Below, piece after piece: positions 31,543 through 40,705 of a stretch of 64,000 nt of DNA. Within the stretch, counting starts at the first letter, position 1; every line of letters starts with the position of its first letter. Location: the IMG/VR virus record IMGVR_UViG_3300044728_000133, one strand, 5' to 3'. The position numbers and the translations under genes were made by a program. The notes beneath the pieces are model-generated. The model had not been told where the DNA came from, searched no databases, and saw nothing but the letters and a program-made list of their open reading frames with translations. This DNA comes from a virus. Lineage: Duplodnaviria; Heunggongvirae; Uroviricota; Caudoviricetes.

Positions 31543-32447
31543 TTGCCCTGTCCGAGGAGCGACGAAGGAAGGAGGAAGTTCGAGCCTGCCGGAAGCAGCA
31601 CGACCTGCACGTTCGGGTTCAGCTTGTCGATCGCGTACTTCTGAATCAAGAGCGGGGTCAACGTCTGGCGCTGGAGCCGCTGTGCCTTCGCCTGGCCGCG
31701 AGCAAGCGCGATGGCCTGCTTCGCCTCAGCGTTGGCTGTCCGCACTCGGTTCTGAGCTGCCTTCGCCTCCTGTGTGGCGATCTGCTTGTCCTCGATCGCC
31801 TTCGTGAACTCCGGCGAGAACTTGATGTTGTCGACGAGGAGGTCATCGATCTGGATCGAGAACGGAGCCAGTTCCGCCTTCAGCGCCTTGAGCACGTTCT
31901 TGCGGATCCTCTCGCGGTTGGGGGCGATCTGGATGGCGGTGTACTTCACCGTCTCATCCTTGAAGATCTGGTTCAGTCGCGTCGGCACCAGCTTGTCGAA
32001 GTAGCCCGGTCCGACGTTGCGGTACAGATCCTGGATGTCGGAGGGCGATACCTCATAGTTGATGGTGGCCTTGATGAACACGTCCTGCGTCTCCGAGGTG
32101 AAGGAATCCAGCTCGTCGAAGGACGCACGCTGCACCTGGGTGTTGGCCTCGACCAGCTTCTGCCAGGGCAGCGTGGTGACGAGCCCCGCGTCAGTCTGGC
32201 CGACGATGTTCCCGAACTGGTAGACGACTCCAACGTGGCCGGCGGCGACGGAGTGGAAGCTCCGCTGGATCGACCACAGTCCAAAGATCACAACGAATAC
32301 GAGGACGCTCCCCCACTTGAGGGCGGCACCGAGGTCATGGCGTTCCTTGTCGCCATCAACCTCTGCTTGCTTCTTCATCTGCCGCCCGACAGAGAACACC
32401 GACAGGCAGACGACGAGAAGAATGACCGAGCACAATACGTAGAACAC
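31539..32447 (-). CDS. SPFH/band-7 (prohibitin/HflKC-like) domain membrane protein
   Basis: 302 aa; GHVGVVYQFGNIVGQTDAGLVTTLPW core, N-terminal TM, C-terminal coiled coil; GTG start with ggaggt SD. Confidence 0.7.
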   Translation of the reverse strand: MFYVLCSVILLVVCLSVFSVGRQMKKQAEVDGDKERHDLGAALKWGSVLVFVVIFGLWSIQRSFHSVAAGHVGVVYQFGNIVGQTDAGLVTTLPWQKLVEANTQVQRASFDELDSFTSETQDVFIKATINYEVSPSDIQDLYRNVGPGYFDKLVPTRLNQIFKDETVKYTAIQIAPNRERIRKNVLKALKAELAPFSIQIDDLLVDNIKFSPEFTKAIEDKQIATQEAKAAQNRVRTANAEAKQAIALARGQAKAQRLQRQTLTPLLIQKYAIDKLNPNVQVVLLPAGSNFLLPSSLLGQGK

Positions 32448-32721
32448 GGTTACCTCCGGTTAGCGGAACGAGACGCTGGTAACTCTACCACCGTTCCCGC
32501 TAGGATTGGCAAGCGGGCGCTGGCGCCAACTGCGGGCGAGACAACACCTTCGGGTGCCTTCCATGGTTGCGTCAGTGCCCGCTCTTGTGTACTCTCCCGC
32601 AGTCGAACGCATGCTGCGTCTCAGCCAGAGACTCTGACCTCGACCGTGGCGGTCGAGAGGGATGGAAAGCAAGTCGGGGAAGCGCACCCGACAAGTGACC
32701 AGGAGGCGGTTCGGCAACTTT

Positions 32722-32752
32722 GAGGGGCTCTTCGGGGCCCCTCTCTGTTTTC
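32722..32752 (+). terminator. intrinsic terminator-like hairpin (gaggggc...gcccctc) followed by tctgttttct
   Basis: GC stem about 7 bp plus U-rich tract on plus strand in noncoding 32448..32843. Confidence 0.45.
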
Positions 32753-32768
32753 TCCGTTTCCGGAGAAT
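32747..32768. repeat. copy of 22-bp palindrome family (TTTTCTCCGTTTCCGGAGAATC), only copy inside minus-arm island
   Basis: matches consensus GATTCTCCGG-N3/4-CGGAGAATC. Confidence 0.7.
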
Positions 32769-32843
32769 CAAGCCGAAGCGTAACTTTGGATATGGACGAA
32801 ACTACCCAAAGATCCATCCGAACAACAACTATAAGATCTACTC

Positions 32844-33338
32844 GTGGCGCTCAAAGAACGATTCTGGGCCAAGGTTGAAAAAACCAACGGAGACGAATGT
32901 TGGAAGTTCACCGGCTACTGCGCCCGCTCCGGCTACGGCTACATCTGGTCAGGCGAGTATTACCCGAGTGGAGCACCACGAATTCTCCGCGCCCATCGAG
33001 TCTCCTGGCTCTTCGCGTTCGGCCCCATCCCTGACGGGACCCAGGTTCTTCATCGCTGCGACAACCCGCCATGCGTACGTCCTGATCATCTCTTCCTGGG
33101 AACACCCGCGACGAATGCCGCAGACAAGATCCAGAAACAGCGTGCCTCACAACTGCAAGGAGAAAGAAACCCAGCAGCTCGACTCACCATCGACCAGGTC
33201 ACCGCCATCCGCGCAGATCACAAGGGACGCTATGGAGATACCAAGCGGCTAGCCGAGCAGTACGGAGTGGCTCCCTCGACGATCAGCGCCGTAGTGCATG
33301 GAGTGAACTGGTCTTCCACAATGGTCGCCGACGCTTGA
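32844..33338 (+). CDS. HNH homing endonuclease (HNH_3/AP2-type with C-terminal HTH), antisense to neighbours
   Basis: 164 aa; HRVSWLFAFGPIPDGTQVLHRCDNPPCVRPDHLFLGTPATN; overlaps 3' end of GT gene 33283..34023. Confidence 0.75.
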   Translation: MALKERFWAKVEKTNGDECWKFTGYCARSGYGYIWSGEYYPSGAPRILRAHRVSWLFAFGPIPDGTQVLHRCDNPPCVRPDHLFLGTPATNAADKIQKQRASQLQGERNPAARLTIDQVTAIRADHKGRYGDTKRLAEQYGVAPSTISAVVHGVNWSSTMVADA

Positions 33339-34023
33339 AGATTGCGTTGTCCTCAAAGGGAGTGCTCAGGGCCTTCTCGTAAGTTTTGTCCATCGGGCTC
33401 TTTGGGATCCCGTTTCTGTCTCTCCAGAACGGATGCAGGTGCTCGACGTGTGAGTCCATCGCGAACGTCCACTGGCCACGAGCCTTCGCCGTCTCGCACA
33501 GCTCGGTGTCGACCCATTGATGCTGGTAGCCCTCGTGCAGAACCTTGCCCTCTTCGTCGATCGTTCCGTACTCGTCGATGTAGGAGCGGCGAACGAGGGG
33601 ATGCGTCGAGTGGAGCCCGCGCATGACGGTCGCGTTGCCGAGGTCGTTGGTGCCGATCACTCCGGCGCCGGTCTGCCGGGCGACCTCTAGCGCAGCGATA
33701 TGCCATCCGCCGTGGAACTCAAGGTCGGTGGCGCCGAGGAGCATGAAGTCTTCGGTCGTCTCGCGGTAGCCGAGGTTGATCTTCTTCGCCCAGTCACCAG
33801 GACCGGCCTCCCAGGGAACCTCGATCACTCGGATTCGCTCATCGAGCGCGTACTCAGCCATGACCCGGGCAACTGCGGTTCGGCCCTCGTCGTCGCCAGG
33901 AGAACAGAGAAAGAGGAGAGACCAGGGGACCTGATGCTCTTGAGTTCGACGGATGCTGCGAGTGAGACGAGTGACGGACTCACCGCGCGCGAGCACCGGA
34001 ACGAGGATGGCGATCGAGTTCAT
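33283..34023 (-). CDS. putative glycosyltransferase (nucleotide-diphospho-sugar transferase fold)
   Basis: 246 aa; AILVPVLARGESVTRL...LFLCSPGDDEG... Confidence 0.5.
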   Translation of the reverse strand: MNSIAILVPVLARGESVTRLTRSIRRTQEHQVPWSLLFLCSPGDDEGRTAVARVMAEYALDERIRVIEVPWEAGPGDWAKKINLGYRETTEDFMLLGATDLEFHGGWHIAALEVARQTGAGVIGTNDLGNATVMRGLHSTHPLVRRSYIDEYGTIDEEGKVLHEGYQHQWVDTELCETAKARGQWTFAMDSHVEHLHPFWRDRNGIPKSPMDKTYEKALSTPFEDNAIFKRRRPLWKTSSLHALRR

Positions 34024-34412
34024 GCCGGGATGGGGTAGACGCTGAGCGGCAAGGGAAGCTCCTTCACATGAGGAGGCAGTTCAACCCATTCGATCGTCGA
34101 TACAGGAAGAAGCAGAACCTCGTCTGTGGTGCCCTCCATCCAATCCTCCTCCGTGAATGCAGCCCGGATCTGTTTGATCGAATCCGTCCAGTACTTGTTG
34201 TTCATCTTCCAGTGCCGAGTATCGATCGGCTTGGGCATGGCGACTTCGAACATGAGGAATGTGTCCGCCACCAACTTCCCGAGCGACTCACCGACGAACA
34301 TGCCATTGAGTTCGTAGCCGCAGATAACGACGATCCCGGACTTGTCTCTCGGCACCTGGCTGCAGCCAGCCCAGTGCCGAAACTCGACCTTGAGATGAAT
34401 CTTCCTCACCAA
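34020..34412 (-). CDS. hypothetical protein
   Basis: 130 aa ORF, ATGA overlap. Confidence 0.55.
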   Translation of the reverse strand: MVRKIHLKVEFRHWAGCSQVPRDKSGIVVICGYELNGMFVGESLGKLVADTFLMFEVAMPKPIDTRHWKMNNKYWTDSIKQIRAAFTEEDWMEGTTDEVLLLPVSTIEWVELPPHVKELPLPLSVYPIPA

Positions 34413-34639
34413 CGTCTGCGCTTCTTCAACCAGGGGAACCTCGACTCCTCTAGCGTCTCCTTGTCTCCGTAGTGGACTTCGAGGTTGGGGTGCTCCCCGC
34501 GTAGCTGCTCGACGGTCGCGTCCTGCTTCTCGATCATGCGCTCGAGCTCGATGAACGCCTGCTTGGAGATCCCGAAGCGCCGACGACTCGCCCCGCGGAA
34601 GAACGGGGACATGTTCCGGGCCTTCTGCGGAAGACTCAT
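34406..34639 (-). CDS. small hypothetical protein
   Basis: 77 aa ORF following TerL. Confidence 0.45.
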   Translation of the reverse strand: MSLPQKARNMSPFFRGASRRRFGISKQAFIELERMIEKQDATVEQLRGEHPNLEVHYGDKETLEESRFPWLKKRRRW

Positions 34640-36294
34640 CCGTTGGTCATCACTCTCGCGTGGTCAGGACGCTGCAGCGGTCGCTCGCGGTTCGTGCGCG
34701 AAAACGGCGAGAACGTTCTGCCCTTGGAGAGGGTGCGCGAGCGCAGCCAGTTCATGCACTGGGACCAGGCATCGACGTCATCGTCGTGCAGACCGTTCGG
34801 GAAGACCGCACAACTGGAGATGAAGTCGACGATCTCCGCCGAGCACTGCTGTTCGTCCGGCATCGACATCTCGTCCTCGCCCTTGCGTCCACCGGGCAGG
34901 AAGCAGGACCCCGACTCCAGGTCGGAGGAAGCGGCCTCGGCGCGCATGATCTTGTCGCCCTCCTGGCCGGGAGAGATCTTGGTGATGCCGGTCAGCTCCT
35001 TCTTGAGATCGACGATCAGCTCGACCCCGTAGCCCGCGTTCTCGATGAGGATGTGGTGAGCGATCTTCGGGTACAGGTCACGCACGTAGCGGGCCTGCTC
35101 GATGATCGCACGTCGCGCTTGGGAGTAGTTCATGTGCCCCTTGCGCAGATCGAGGAGATAGCGCCGGCCGCCTATCGCTCCCCACGCCTGGATGGCGACA
35201 AAGTCGTTCGACTCCTTGTCCTTGAGCGGCGTGTCCACGCTCTGGACAACCGCGTTGAACCTCGGGCGGCGCTCGGCCATCTTCGGGTCGGTGAAGAGCT
35301 TGGGGTTATAGAAGCGCCAGAAATAGCGCTTGAGCAGTTCGCCCTCGCGAGCGGCAGGACGCTGCTGGAGCTGGGCGATCGCACGGTGACCACCAAGGGC
35401 CTTCTCCAGTGCCTTCGACATCTCCGGGGTGCGGTAGTCGGGCCACAGAAGCTGGCCATCCTTCTTACGCGGATCCCCGGGACCGATCTTCGAACCGGAT
35501 GCCTGCCTGCCCTTGTAGTGCTCGCCGCGCCAGGCGTAGGGATGGTCGACTTCATAGCGCTCGGGTAGGGCGAGGATCGTCCAGTCCTCGAGTCCTTGCG
35601 AATAGGCGGCGAGGTCGTTCTCGTTCAGGCGCTGCATGATGATGATGCGCGCGTGGTCGGGCCCGATGCCTCGCGTCGAGACGGTGCCGGAGTACCAGGT
35701 GTCGTTCACGTACTCAAGAGCGGTCTTCGAGAGCGCGTCGGCCTCCTTCGCATTGATCGGGTCGTCGATCAGGATCCTGTGCCCGTGCTCGCCGGTACCG
35801 GTCGATTCCGGGGAGGTCGCCAGCCGCGTGCCCCCGATCGTGTTGGCGAAGTAGTGCTCAGCGTCGCGCGTGAAGTTCACCGGCCAACGCGCCTGATACC
35901 AGTCGCCCATCATCAGGTCTCGGCTCATGGCGGCGAGGCGACCGGCGAGGCGCGTCTCGTAGGAGGCCCCCCAGTAGCGAAGCCAGGGCATGAACGTCCA
36001 CTCCCAGGCTGGCCAGAGAACGGAGACGGCCATCGACTTCATGGACTGGGGTGGGACCCAAACCTGCAGGCGCTTCAGCTCGGCGCAGGTGACGGCTTCG
36101 AGGTGATAGGCGTATGCCTCGATGTGCCAGTTGTGCCGGTAGCGCTCTTCCCTTTTGATCTGCGGCCAAGCCGCCTGCATGAACTCCAGGAAGGTGCCGC
36201 AACCGGAAAGGCGCTCGGCATCCTCGGCGATCCTGCGGCGCTCGATCGACTGAGCAAGGGTGGCCTTGACCTGGTCGGGGTTCAGCTCACTCAT
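34636..36294 (-). CDS. terminase large subunit
   Basis: PPQSMKS Walker-A-like, RILIDDP Walker B, C-terminal nuclease LHDDDVDAWSQ; start at MSELNPDQV overlapping TerS-like gene stop. Confidence 0.8.
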   Translation of the reverse strand: MSELNPDQVKATLAQSIERRRIAEDAERLSGCGTFLEFMQAAWPQIKREERYRHNWHIEAYAYHLEAVTCAELKRLQVWVPPQSMKSMAVSVLWPAWEWTFMPWLRYWGASYETRLAGRLAAMSRDLMMGDWYQARWPVNFTRDAEHYFANTIGGTRLATSPESTGTGEHGHRILIDDPINAKEADALSKTALEYVNDTWYSGTVSTRGIGPDHARIIIMQRLNENDLAAYSQGLEDWTILALPERYEVDHPYAWRGEHYKGRQASGSKIGPGDPRKKDGQLLWPDYRTPEMSKALEKALGGHRAIAQLQQRPAAREGELLKRYFWRFYNPKLFTDPKMAERRPRFNAVVQSVDTPLKDKESNDFVAIQAWGAIGGRRYLLDLRKGHMNYSQARRAIIEQARYVRDLYPKIAHHILIENAGYGVELIVDLKKELTGITKISPGQEGDKIMRAEAASSDLESGSCFLPGGRKGEDEMSMPDEQQCSAEIVDFISSCAVFPNGLHDDDVDAWSQCMNWLRSRTLSKGRTFSPFSRTNRERPLQRPDHARVMTNG

Positions 36295-36871
36295 CGGTAC
36301 CGCCAGCGGGAAGACCCAGTTCGATGAAGTCGGCATCCTCGATCGAGTGGCCGTCATCGAGCCAGCGCTGCAGCTGCTCCAGCTGCTCGGTGGAGAGCTT
36401 GTCGAAGACGCGCTCGATGAGAACGTTCACGTTGACGTTCACGTCCTTCTGGCGCAGCTTCTCCCAGTCGGGATCGTAGACCTCCAAGAGCTTGATCAAA
36501 ATCCGGTCGGAGTCGAGCATCGCCCGACGGAAACCTTCCGCACGAAGGCGCTCCAGACGCCCCTCCGCAAACTCCAGGGAGCCGATCGCCTCGGCATACG
36601 AACGCGCGAAGTCCTCGTCGTAGTGGTTCGACTGCGGTGAGCAGATGGCGCGGAAGTGACGGCCCTTGAAGTCGAGCGAGTTCGCGGCCTCTTGCCGGTT
36701 GAGCCCCTGCCGGATCATCTGTAAAAACTGGTACTTGTCAGTCTCCGTGATCTCGGTGACTGTTCTCTCCGCGGCAACGTCCTCGAGCTCGTTGCGATAC
36801 TCAGGATGTTTCGAGGGAAAGTCGACTTCGGCTGCGCTCACGCCGCGCAGTGTAAGCCGTCCCGAAGACAA
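36287..36871 (-). CDS. putative terminase small subunit / DNA-binding protein
   Basis: 194 aa directly upstream and overlapping TerL; TTG start uncertain. Confidence 0.4.
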   Translation of the reverse strand: MSSGRLTLRGVSAAEVDFPSKHPEYRNELEDVAAERTVTEITETDKYQFLQMIRQGLNRQEAANSLDFKGRHFRAICSPQSNHYDEDFARSYAEAIGSLEFAEGRLERLRAEGFRRAMLDSDRILIKLLEVYDPDWEKLRQKDVNVNVNVLIERVFDKLSTEQLEQLQRWLDDGHSIEDADFIELGLPAGGTDE

Positions 36872-36892
36872 CAGCGATCACGCCACTCCGCC

Positions 36893-37501
36893 TTATACGA
36901 TTCGCTGGCGATAGCAGAGGGATGCCAGTTCGACGCGGGTCTTCACCCCGAAGGATTCAAGCAGCGCCCTGACACGCGTCTTCACGGTCTCCTCCGCCAC
37001 GCCCATGCTCTCAGCGATCTCCAGATTCGTTAATCCGCGGGCGACGTACTTCAGCGTCTCGTAGCGCTCGGCCGTCAGCGCCATGGGCCTCCAGATGCGC
37101 TTGCCCTCGGGGAGCGGGATGATCCCCCTCGCTGCAGCGACGAGTACTGCGCGTTCGCACGTCTTCGATTGGTCGAGGCGGAAACGCGCGAGCGCGGTCA
37201 GCTTCCCGTACGAGCGGTAGTCGATGCCCATGTGGTGGGCTGCCTCTTTGTGAGTCATGCCCTGGGCCAGTAACCCAATCGCCTGCCGCTCACGCGGGGA
37301 CAGCCTCTGCGACGGCCATCCCACAGTCGGTCTCGGATCGGGCATGCGTACATGCGGCATCGGATTCGAGATCACACCGCCGCAACGCACCCACATGTCG
37401 ATGTAGTCGGGGCGCAAGAGCGGGGCTACCTTCAGGGACTGAATCAGGCGCTCGGGGATCGGACGCGAGAGCACGAGGCGACGGGTGTCCTCGTCGGTCA
37501 T
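36893..37501 (-). CDS. DNA-binding protein with two LuxR/sigma-70 region-4-type HTH domains
   Basis: internal start MTDEDTRRLV (ATGA overlap with 37498..); LSPRERQAIGLLAQGMTHKEAA and LTAERYETLKYVARGLTNLEIAESMGVAEETVKTRV. Confidence 0.55.
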   Translation of the reverse strand: MTDEDTRRLVLSRPIPERLIQSLKVAPLLRPDYIDMWVRCGGVISNPMPHVRMPDPRPTVGWPSQRLSPRERQAIGLLAQGMTHKEAAHHMGIDYRSYGKLTALARFRLDQSKTCERAVLVAAARGIIPLPEGKRIWRPMALTAERYETLKYVARGLTNLEIAESMGVAEETVKTRVRALLESFGVKTRVELASLCYRQRIV

Positions 37502-38109
37502 CCCCCAATCGTGACGGTGGCGTCCGTCTGTCCCGGAGTCACACCCTGGATCGAGGGTGCCGCGAGCACCTTCCCAGTGCAGGCGTTCTGAGAGGTGTTC
37601 GGTTGGATACCTGCGACTGTTCCGCCTGGAGTCTGGTAGCTCATCGTAGGCGCGCCCGTGGCGAAGTACGCCTCGATCTCGTTGCGAATCGAAGCACCGA
37701 ACCAGGTCACGATGTTCTGGGGAAGAGTTGCAGACGCCGCGTAGGAGTTCAGCCGAGACCACTCGCCCGGATTCGCTCCGCGCCACTTGCAGAACTGTGC
37801 AGATCCCTGGAGGTTGTAGAGCGCGACGTAGCGAATGACGCCTGCGGCTTGGCACTCGCCCTGCGTCATGGTGACCCCCCAGTCGCCGCAGTTCTGTGTG
37901 GTAGGAGCGACGACGAGCGCTGTGGTGCTGTTGTCTGTCAGCATGGTCGCGCCGCCGATTGCTATGCCTGCAGCAGCTACGACAGCAACAGCCGAGCCAG
38001 CGAGGAGAGCGCGGTTCACACAAGGGACACTAGAGAAGGTGCAGGACGATCCACACCACGAATCCCCAAAACGCCAGGCAAGCGAGGCATGACCAGGCGC
38101 AACTGGCAT
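37498..38109 (-). CDS. membrane-anchored/secreted Thr/Gly-rich protein
   Basis: 203 aa; LLAGSAVAVVAAAGIAIGGA hydrophobic anchor. Confidence 0.5.
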   Translation of the reverse strand: MPVAPGHASLAWRFGDSWCGSSCTFSSVPCVNRALLAGSAVAVVAAAGIAIGGATMLTDNSTTALVVAPTTQNCGDWGVTMTQGECQAAGVIRYVALYNLQGSAQFCKWRGANPGEWSRLNSYAASATLPQNIVTWFGASIRNEIEAYFATGAPTMSYQTPGGTVAGIQPNTSQNACTGKVLAAPSIQGVTPGQTDATVTIGG

Positions 38110-38132
38110 CTTCCGGATACTTGCGGTAGCTC

Positions 38133-38543
38133 TTAGGCGGTGTATCCCTCATGGGTCACGCACACCTGTGATCCGCAGCCCGTGTCATCCCATCCAGAGC
38201 ATAGGTAGACATCGAGGTCTTCCTGGTCGAAGTCATCAGCCGTGAGGTAGGGCTGCTCGAGCCCACAACGCTCGCAGATAACACGAGCCCGGAGTCGGGT
38301 ATCTCCGACCTCGATGAGGAAGGCGAGCAAGCACGCCTGATCGTAGATCGCCCGCGCGTTTTCCAGGAGCTGGCCAAGCTCGCGATCCGCACGTCTTCGT
38401 CCTTGGCGAGCAGTGCGAGCAGCATGTCGCGCCTGGCGCTCAGAGCGAGGGAGCTTCTTGCGCGCCACCCGAGCGGAGCAATCTGTGGGCCTTCTGATGA
38501 AAGGCGAAGTCCTTACCAGCCTCCTCCGCCTCATTGACCCCAT
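38133..38543 (-). CDS. hypothetical protein (basic N-terminus, Cys pairs)
   Basis: 136 aa ORF. Confidence 0.45.
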   Translation of the reverse strand: MGSMRRRRLVRTSPFIRRPTDCSARVARKKLPRSERQARHAARTARQGRRRADRELGQLLENARAIYDQACLLAFLIEVGDTRLRARVICERCGLEQPYLTADDFDQEDLDVYLCSGWDDTGCGSQVCVTHEGYTA

Positions 38544-38615
38544 CCACGACCCGCTCAGAGGCGAGGCTGATGTTGCCGTCCTTGTTCAGGCGAATGTTGT
38601 GCGTGAACTTGAGGA

Positions 38616-38918
38616 TCATTGACTGTCCTCTTGGCTTTGGACTTCTCGGACCGTCAGTTCGGCTATGCCGCCCTCAGACGAGGCTGTGAGTTGGACGAGC
38701 GGCGACCAGTTGTCGCGCAGTTCGTCGACGATGGCCCGAGAGACGAGGACGATGTAGCAGCCGTTCTCGCGCAGTTCGTCCTCGGCGCGAGCGACCCAGC
38801 GAGCTGTTAGCTCCTCGGCCTCCGAGAACTTGCCCTGGTTGCAGAGCAGCAGGACGAGTTCAAGCGGAAACTCGCGGTGTTCCTCGACGGGCGGGCTATA
38901 GGTCGGTCTAGAAACCAC
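38616..38918 (-). CDS. hypothetical protein
   Basis: 100 aa ORF. Confidence 0.5.
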   Translation of the reverse strand: MVSRPTYSPPVEEHREFPLELVLLLCNQGKFSEAEELTARWVARAEDELRENGCYIVLVSRAIVDELRDNWSPLVQLTASSEGGIAELTVREVQSQEDSQ

Positions 38919-39165
38919 GTTGAGGCTCCTCGTATGCTCCGAACACGTAGCCCAGCCAGACGATGACTCCCAGCACCCCGCCGATTCCGCAGAGGATCGC
39001 GTTGCCCATCCACCACCAGTCCGTCGTGAGCGGCCACCAGAACCAGTCGGGACGTTCTCCCTGCAACAGCGCGATTGACGCGACCAGCAACAGCAGTTCG
39101 GCGAACGCGAGTTGAATCCGCAGCCGCCCCTCTTGGCTCTTTGTTGGTTTGTGTTCCGTGGTCAT
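38908..39165 (-). CDS. small membrane protein (N-terminus MTTEHKPT)
   Basis: 85 aa; two TM; W-rich. Confidence 0.5.
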   Translation of the reverse strand: MTTEHKPTKSQEGRLRIQLAFAELLLLVASIALLQGERPDWFWWPLTTDWWWMGNAILCGIGGVLGVIVWLGYVFGAYEEPQRGF

Positions 39166-39350
39166 GCCGCCTCCTCACGGTCCTGGACGAAGCACTCAGG
39201 CTTCAAGTAGTGCTTGCCGCACGTCACCTTGAGGAACCCCGCGTTCATGCGATGAATGCGACAGAGCGGGCAGGCATCCTGAGCGTCACCGGGCTTGACG
39301 GACAACACGCGGCGCTTCTTTGACACGCTTGTCGGTTTCGAGTCCGTCAT
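39162..39350 (-). CDS. small zinc-finger protein
   Basis: 62 aa; CPLC...C..C. Confidence 0.45.
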   Translation of the reverse strand: MTDSKPTSVSKKRRVLSVKPGDAQDACPLCRIHRMNAGFLKVTCGKHYLKPECFVQDREEAA

Positions 39351-39613
39351 CGTCTGCTCACCGTGGCCGCATCGAGTGCGTCCCGAACGTGGTTAGCCAT
39401 AACGGTGTACCGCTTGCCGTCAACCTCGATGACGACCGCGTCACGATCGTTCCAGTGAGACTCCACGATGATCCGTCGTGACGAGTCGCCCCAGGTTTCG
39501 GACTTGTCGTCCTCATAGACCTGAACTTGGACTTGAACGTCGACGCTCACGGGAGCCTCGAAGACACGGATCGTTCGCTCACGAGAGCGCCGCCCATAGG
39601 ACGCCAAGCCCAT
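39347..39613 (-). CDS. hypothetical protein
   Basis: 88 aa ORF. Confidence 0.5.
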   Translation of the reverse strand: MGLASYGRRSRERTIRVFEAPVSVDVQVQVQVYEDDKSETWGDSSRRIIVESHWNDRDAVVIEVDGKRYTVMANHVRDALDAATVSRR

Positions 39614-39791
39614 TCAGGAGGACAGCGAAGTAAGCAACACCGACGATCCAGCGCGGCTCCCCGCTCGGACCAGTGAGCCATGCCCAAAGCCTCAAAGACA
39701 CGCGAGATTCACCCACGGCGTTCTTGATCTGCCCACTCCTGGAACAGCCGCGCCCGAGCGACGACATCGAGCGCGGCGGCGATCCCTGGGT

Positions 39792-39926
39792 CTAGAGAGC
39801 CTTCGCAAAGCCTCCCGACGGCTGGTGCTGCGGTGCCTTGTGACCCTTCACCCACTGCGCTGACGCCGCCTGCGCTGCGATCACCGTGATCACGATCACG
39901 ATCCCGAGCGTTGCGATCTTCCTCAT
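39792..39926 (-). CDS. small secreted/membrane peptide (44 aa) with signal-peptide-like N-terminus
   Basis: hand translation MRKIATLGIVIVITVIAAQAASAQWVKGHKAPQHQPSGGFAKAL; GGGAGG SD 5 nt upstream; below ORF-track length cutoff. Confidence 0.35.
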   Translation of the reverse strand: MRKIATLGIVIVITVIAAQAASAQWVKGHKAPQHQPSGGFAKAL

Positions 39927-39953
39927 GGTCGCCTCCCTGTAGTGACGGGTGCA

Positions 39954-40451
39954 TCATGCCACGCCTCTCGGCTTCTTGAAATCGCTGCGCACCAGTTTCT
40001 GCATGGTCTCAGCCGCATACCCAGATGAGACAGACGGCAGCACGATTTCGCCGCGGGGATGAACCTTCCCGCACAGCTTGCAGGTCGTCCCCGCCGGCGC
40101 ATACGCCGTGCAACTCCGGGCGGCAGAGCCAGCCTGAGGCGCGGTCAAAGCGTTGGCCTCACTTCTCGTGCGCTTCGACTCGCGAGAGTGACCAGCCCGC
40201 CGCCCAGATTTACCGGGCCCCGCTGAGGGGGGACGGGGCCCGATCTTGGCAGAGTTCTCGGAGGGGGAGGCAGAAAGGACTACCGAAGTGCTCGTGCCGC
40301 GGTCTTGAGGTACCTCCTCGACTCCGGCGTTCTCAATCCCGCCTTGGTCCCCCTCCGACAACCCTTCCGTGATCGGCACGCCGTCGACTTTCGGCATACG
40401 CGTCTCACGGCTCTCCTCGAGCTCATCGATGAGGTCGTCGAACTCAGTCAT
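39954..40451 (-). CDS. hypothetical basic protein with C-terminal CxxC
   Basis: internal start MTEFDDLIDELEE with gaggaag SD. Confidence 0.5.
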   Translation of the reverse strand: MTEFDDLIDELEESRETRMPKVDGVPITEGLSEGDQGGIENAGVEEVPQDRGTSTSVVLSASPSENSAKIGPRPPSAGPGKSGRRAGHSRESKRTRSEANALTAPQAGSAARSCTAYAPAGTTCKLCGKVHPRGEIVLPSVSSGYAAETMQKLVRSDFKKPRGVA

Positions 40452-40468
40452 TGCGCTTCTTCCTCTCA

Positions 40469-40705
40469 TCACCAAGCAACGAAAACATCGCTGCTGGAGA
40501 CCACGCTCACACCCTCAGCATCGAAGTCTCTGGGAACAAGGCGCTTGAGCTTGAAACCACAGATCGCCAGGTAGTCGAGCACCACAGCCACATTGATGTC
40601 CCACTCGTCGCTCGACAGTTCTTCCGCCAGCTCGCGAGCAAGGTCGACCTGCTCCCGAATCGGTCGGGCGTCCTGTCGTTCCTCCCAGATCGACCCGTCA
40701 GGCAC
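40469..40705 (-). CDS. hypothetical protein
   Basis: 78 aa ORF. Confidence 0.45.
   Translation of the reverse strand: MPDGSIWEERQDARPIREQVDLARELAEELSSDEWDINVAVVLDYLAICGFKLKRLVPRDFDAEGVSVVSSSDVFVAW

Noticed and set aside
39709-39957. 82-aa ORF (MMHPSLQGGDHEEDRNARDRDRDHGDR…)
   Set aside because: Low-complexity. The overlapping alternative frame gives a much more protein-like 44-aa signal-peptide ORF with a GGGAGG SD (listed instead).
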